A stretch of 64,000 nucleotides of DNA from an uncultured archaeon (GTDB lineage Archaea; Asgardarchaeota; Lokiarchaeia; Sigyniarchaeales; SOKP01), in assembly GCA_964493715.1 (NCBI GenBank), contig CAZBPC010000003.1:32001-96000 (forward strand), in the 5' to 3' direction. Below, one piece after another: positions 59,885 through 64,000 of this stretch; the first letter of the stretch is position 1; every line of letters begins with the position of its first letter. A program made the translations under genes and the position numbers. The notes under the pieces are model-generated. The model made no database searches, was not told the DNA's origin, and saw nothing but the letters and a program-made list of their open reading frames with translations.

Positions 59885-61591
59885 TTAGTTTAATCTTCTT
59901 TTGATTTTCCTCTGAGGGGCAGTTGTAGTTTCAGTTTCAGATTCAATTGTTTTATATTCAGTATCGTCTGGTTTCTCAATATCTACTTGCTCTTGCTTTT
60001 TTTCTGGTTTGATTGGTTTCGGAGCTTTTCCCTTACTTGCTTTTTGTTTTTCTTTAGTCATTTTAGTACTTGTTGATTTATATCTACTATATCCAAAACC
60101 AAAACCAAATATTATTCCAATGCCTAAACCAGAAAATAAAGCTATCCAAGGAAGGTTGGCTGAAATTAAATCGGGTATGATTCTAATTTCCTGTGGTCCA
60201 ATATTGATATCAGTTGTTAAATCAGTTTTAGCACCGTCAGCATCTATTACTGAAAGGTATACATACCAGACACCAGATATTAATTCTTCAGTTCTTATGA
60301 CCAATTCCATATTTGCGCTATATCTGTTAGTTATATTATACCAATTGTTATTTTCATCCAATAACGATACTGTAATATAAGCAATAGTGTTTTCTACATC
60401 AGAAACATTGAATGTGAAGATAAGATCATTACCATAGTTGACTGAAACCTGTTGTTCAATTGATATACTATTAATCCAATAATTATGAATTTTTGGGGCG
60501 TTATTTAAAACATTAAGTGTTGTTGTATAATTTGCTATTGCCCCATACTGGTCTTCTGCTTCTATAGTCACTTGATATATACCAACAGGTCTATTTATAG
60601 AAATAGAAAAAGTCCTGCTAAATGTCCAATCATTATTGTTAGTCAAAGTTAAGGGCGACAAATCTTGGCCATTAGACGCTTTTAATTTTAAAGTGACTGT
60701 AATATTTTCGGGTCCTGTCAATGGATCTATATCTGTCACGTTTAGATTGAGCTCACAATCTTCAGCCCTTTTTAAAGGGTTTTTAGAAAAGTCTATAGAA
60801 GCCTCCACTATAGTGGGAACTGTTGCCAATACCTTAAAGGGTATATAGGTTGCCGCTAATTTACTGCTTAATGTATCTGACATGTTGATCTTAACGAAAT
60901 AGTTAATATCAGACATTTCAAAATTATCAGTAATATTAAATGTGAAATGATCAATATCCATACCAAGATCATATAATGTAGATTGAATGGATTCATTGTC
61001 GCTATCGACAACAGCAACATTCCATTCAAAGATATAAGGCCCAAAATTAGTTACAATTATTTCACCATATACATTTTGGTTTCTCTGATATTCATTATGG
61101 TTTACAAATCCTAAATAATTCGATTTAATAGTAATATTAGTTTTTGTTGTCTGATCATTTAACTGCACCATTGAAACATCAAAAATTCGAAAACTAATAT
61201 TATGAAATCCTAAAGGGGCATCATATTCAGGTATATATACATATGTAAAGAAATCTGTTCCCGTTTTCTCCATTTCATATTCTCTTGGAGTAATATCATT
61301 AAATTCTATTCTCATAAATGTAGAGTTAGCTCCAGAGAATCCTGATGTATTTACTTCAAATTTTATGGGGTCGAACACTCGATAGGCGCTGGTTGCATTT
61401 CTTGTAATAGCCGAATAATTTAGGAATGAGTCGTTGCCAGAAACATTTAAGAAATTTACACTATTGCTCCCCCTAAAATCTTGTGAAGTGATTTTTTGGT
61501 TTGCGTTAGGAATAAAACATATACATATAATTAATACTATAACAAACGAGATAATTAAAATCCTATCAATTTTTTTGTTCACACTATTCAT
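59885..61591 (-). CDS. Cell-surface glycoprotein: signal/anchor, Ig-like repeats, C-terminal TM, Lys-rich cytoplasmic tail
   Basis: N-terminal hydrophobic segment, many N-x-S/T sequons, Ig-like strands (GIYQVTIEAED, GVWYVYLSVID), Gly-rich TM. Confidence 0.75.
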   Translation of the reverse strand: MNSVNKKIDRILIISFVIVLIICICFIPNANQKITSQDFRGSNSVNFLNVSGNDSFLNYSAITRNATSAYRVFDPIKFEVNTSGFSGANSTFMRIEFNDITPREYEMEKTGTDFFTYVYIPEYDAPLGFHNISFRIFDVSMVQLNDQTTKTNITIKSNYLGFVNHNEYQRNQNVYGEIIVTNFGPYIFEWNVAVVDSDNESIQSTLYDLGMDIDHFTFNITDNFEMSDINYFVKINMSDTLSSKLAATYIPFKVLATVPTIVEASIDFSKNPLKRAEDCELNLNVTDIDPLTGPENITVTLKLKASNGQDLSPLTLTNNNDWTFSRTFSISINRPVGIYQVTIEAEDQYGAIANYTTTLNVLNNAPKIHNYWINSISIEQQVSVNYGNDLIFTFNVSDVENTIAYITVSLLDENNNWYNITNRYSANMELVIRTEELISGVWYVYLSVIDADGAKTDLTTDINIGPQEIRIIPDLISANLPWIALFSGLGIGIIFGFGFGYSRYKSTSTKMTKEKQKASKGKAPKPIKPEKKQEQVDIEKPDDTEYKTIESETETTTAPQRKIKRRLN

Positions 61592-61597
61592 TTTTAA

Positions 61598-64000
61598 TCA
61601 TCTTCTTAATAACTTGTGCTTTAGTTCTTTATTTTTATATAACAAAATGATCCCAATCGGGATGAGAATCGGTAAAACATAAAAAAGCATTAAATTTGTT
61701 GGCGAGAGCTCGATTGATACTTCAAAATAATATTGTACAATTGTTTCTCCTAAACTATCTCTTAGTTCAAAAGTGAAAGTTTTTGCAATGAAATCATATG
61801 GGTTTAGAGTCGGAACCACTTCTGCGATTATGCGGTTTACACCAGGAGCTAATCCTATTATATTTGTAGTCAACTTTTCTCCATTAACGTATAATGAAAA
61901 ACTTTCGGAAGTTTCTTTATTATTTTTTATAATAAGCGTAAATGAAGCAATGTTTCCTTGGTTAACGACTTTAGGAAAGAACACACTTAATATCTCATAG
62001 CTAGGCAATATTTCTATTTCAATTGATTTCGTGTAATAAATTGTATTTCCTTTGGATATATCCATATCTACATTTATGTAATTCTTAATTATGTCTTCAG
62101 AAACTAATAAATTATAATATTCAAACTTCACTTCATTTTTGAGTAAGGTGATTTCTTTTTTAATATTGAGTATATCCGGACCTCTAAAAGTCACATTCAT
62201 AGATTGTGTATTATTAGGTAAAAAATTTATCATATTAAAGGATACATAGATGGTTTGACCTTTAACTACTTTATTTTGATATACAAAATCAGAGTAATCA
62301 AATGAATGACCAATATTCACATTTTTAATAACTTTTAAATATAAAATATTACCTAATTCAAATTTAAAGTTAATATTGTGCGATCCAATGTTAGCACCTA
62401 ACCTTGCTGTTATATTAAAAGAGACATTTGTTAATACCATAGATGGAAATAATAATATTTGAGATTCAGTATTAATATCGCCTTCCTCCATTGTTATATT
62501 TAAAGTTACATCGGTACTTCGCGTATTGTTTATAGGTAATGTTATATTGAAGGTTGGTCCTTGATACAATATATCTGGTAATCCCAAAATCGTATAATTT
62601 ATTAAACCCGAAATAACATTAAAATTCTTTAATATTTGAGCAGTCGCAAACATTGAGGAGTTTGCATATATATACAAGTTATAATTCTGCCCAATTGGCA
62701 TGGTATCGTTAATTGCATATTTGAAGTTTGTGATTTCTCCTGTAATCCCTTGATTCACTATTTCGAATAGAGTTCCATTTGGATATTTAAATATGTAAGT
62801 TGCATCAGCAGAAGTTATATTAAATTCAAGTTTAGACGCTTGATAACTCATAGTTGTGTAATTAAAATAATTAAAATCTTTTTCTACTTGATAAATAGTA
62901 TCAATATTTAATTCATCCTCATTAAAGATAAAATCTGGTACTTCTGATGAAACATTAAACGTGGTTTTTAAACTTGTACTGCTAAAAAGCTCAAATGCTT
63001 CTATATAGGCATCAATTAATTTTAAATTTTCGTTTAGGCTTTTTCCATCATCTACGGGATTAATTCCATTAAATATGGAATTAGCATAAGCATTAACAGA
63101 TGGATCATAAAAACTGTTCTCAAATGTAGTATGAATATCAAACGCAGTATTATAATATGTGAGATTCCCCGTATATTCGAATAATTTCAAGCATGCGAGC
63201 ATATAGAGGGAATTTGCCTCAAGATCAACGTTTTGGTCAATAAGAGAGGACCAAATTCGGTCAGCACTGTAATAATAAACATTATTTGAACCATATTCTA
63301 AATTTTGTTCTATTTGTTCATATGATTCAATTGCTTTATCTAATAATATCGACTCCGTCATTCCAGTTTCTAACCAATACTCAAGTAAGGTAATGATTCC
63401 CAACGCATTAACATCCAAATATTTATATCTAGCTCCCGGTAAACCCGATGAATCCCAATCACTCTTAGCAAAATCATAAAAACCATAGTCAAGATTATCC
63501 CACATTTTACTAAGTAATTTATCCATTGTCATATTAGCTAATTCATATGCTCTGTTCTTAATTACTGGATTTAAGCCTAACCGTTCATATGCATTCCTAA
63601 TTTGCAGAGTAGCCAAAATTGCATATAAATTGCTTTTAGTGTCTTTATTCTCTGTAAAATCCGTAGAATTGAATGTTGAAAATCCTAAGTGATTAGCATC
63701 CCAAAATTGTGATGAATTAATTAAATAAAACATCTCATCAATTGAATCTTTAGGATATTGTATAGGGTTCGTACTATATAAGGTTTTAATATCATCGCCA
63801 ATATTTTCAATTAACATTGATATTGGCATCAAATTATCAATTAAAGATCTACGATCATCGCTGATTTGCTTAGTAGAATTATCGACTGCACTAACAAAAC
63901 CATAAGAAAATTGGTTTTCCCCCTCATACCAAAAAGGAGATGTTTTTAATGCTAAATAATTCTTATATAAATCCTTCCATTCAAAATCATCCCTCAGTAG
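61598..64000 (-). CDS. Surface protein: (alpha/alpha)6-barrel (GH76/AGE-like) repeats + Ig-like domains + C-terminal TM; 5' end beyond window
   Basis: Frame is open to 64000; repeats FWD...GF, MWD..YGFY, FYD...AY with DVNAL/EANSL helices; TM LFYVLPILIPIGIILLY. Confidence 0.7.
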   Translation of the reverse strand, partial: LLRDDFEWKDLYKNYLALKTSPFWYEGENQFSYGFVSAVDNSTKQISDDRRSLIDNLMPISMLIENIGDDIKTLYSTNPIQYPKDSIDEMFYLINSSQFWDANHLGFSTFNSTDFTENKDTKSNLYAILATLQIRNAYERLGLNPVIKNRAYELANMTMDKLLSKMWDNLDYGFYDFAKSDWDSSGLPGARYKYLDVNALGIITLLEYWLETGMTESILLDKAIESYEQIEQNLEYGSNNVYYYSADRIWSSLIDQNVDLEANSLYMLACLKLFEYTGNLTYYNTAFDIHTTFENSFYDPSVNAYANSIFNGINPVDDGKSLNENLKLIDAYIEAFELFSSTSLKTTFNVSSEVPDFIFNEDELNIDTIYQVEKDFNYFNYTTMSYQASKLEFNITSADATYIFKYPNGTLFEIVNQGITGEITNFKYAINDTMPIGQNYNLYIYANSSMFATAQILKNFNVISGLINYTILGLPDILYQGPTFNITLPINNTRSTDVTLNITMEEGDINTESQILLFPSMVLTNVSFNITARLGANIGSHNINFKFELGNILYLKVIKNVNIGHSFDYSDFVYQNKVVKGQTIYVSFNMINFLPNNTQSMNVTFRGPDILNIKKEITLLKNEVKFEYYNLLVSEDIIKNYINVDMDISKGNTIYYTKSIEIEILPSYEILSVFFPKVVNQGNIASFTLIIKNNKETSESFSLYVNGEKLTTNIIGLAPGVNRIIAEVVPTLNPYDFIAKTFTFELRDSLGETIVQYYFEVSIELSPTNLMLFYVLPILIPIGIILLYKNKELKHKLLRR

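Noticed and set aside
691-62000. Numerous short ORFs overlapping real genes, antisense or in another frame (e.g. 691-987, 39290-39775, 59364-59750, 60009-60380)
   Set aside because: Shadows of well-supported genes, with no motifs and atypical composition
1-64000. CRISPR arrays, tRNA/rRNA genes, transposases, integrases
   Set aside because: None recognised; intergenic regions are short and AT-rich with no regularly spaced repeats visible by eye

Overview
AT-rich, gene-dense archaeal chromosomal segment, almost certainly from an Asgard archaeon of the Lokiarchaeia type. That call rests on three Rab-like GTPases, a Rag/Gtr1-like GTPase-roadblock fusion, a roadblock protein, an ESCRT-III/Snf7, a presenilin, an archaeal histone, L21e/L35Ae, and the H4MPT enzymes Mch/Mtd/Ftr. 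It contains the conserved pus10-rpl21e-rpo4-DUF655-rsmA-hemK2 cluster, repair/replication genes (NurA, XPD, RecJ/Cdc45-like, Ogt), glycogen genes, QueC/QueD, and a C1/glycine-cleavage/purine-salvage neighbourhood. I saw no tRNA, rRNA, CRISPR array or transposase. The best leads are: (1) an orphan Snf7 convergent with a B-box/coiled-coil/PH/steadiness-box (ESCRT-I-like) protein; (2) a full-architecture RagA-like GTPase whose P-loop lies upstream of any canonical in-frame start; (3) an SDR-QueC fusion divergent from queD; (4) a nucleotide kinase with a C-terminal PCNA PIP box; (5) gcv genes embedded among the H4MPT enzymes; (6) a roadblock protein with a long acidic Trp-ended tail. All family calls are motif recognition by eye; no database searches were run.
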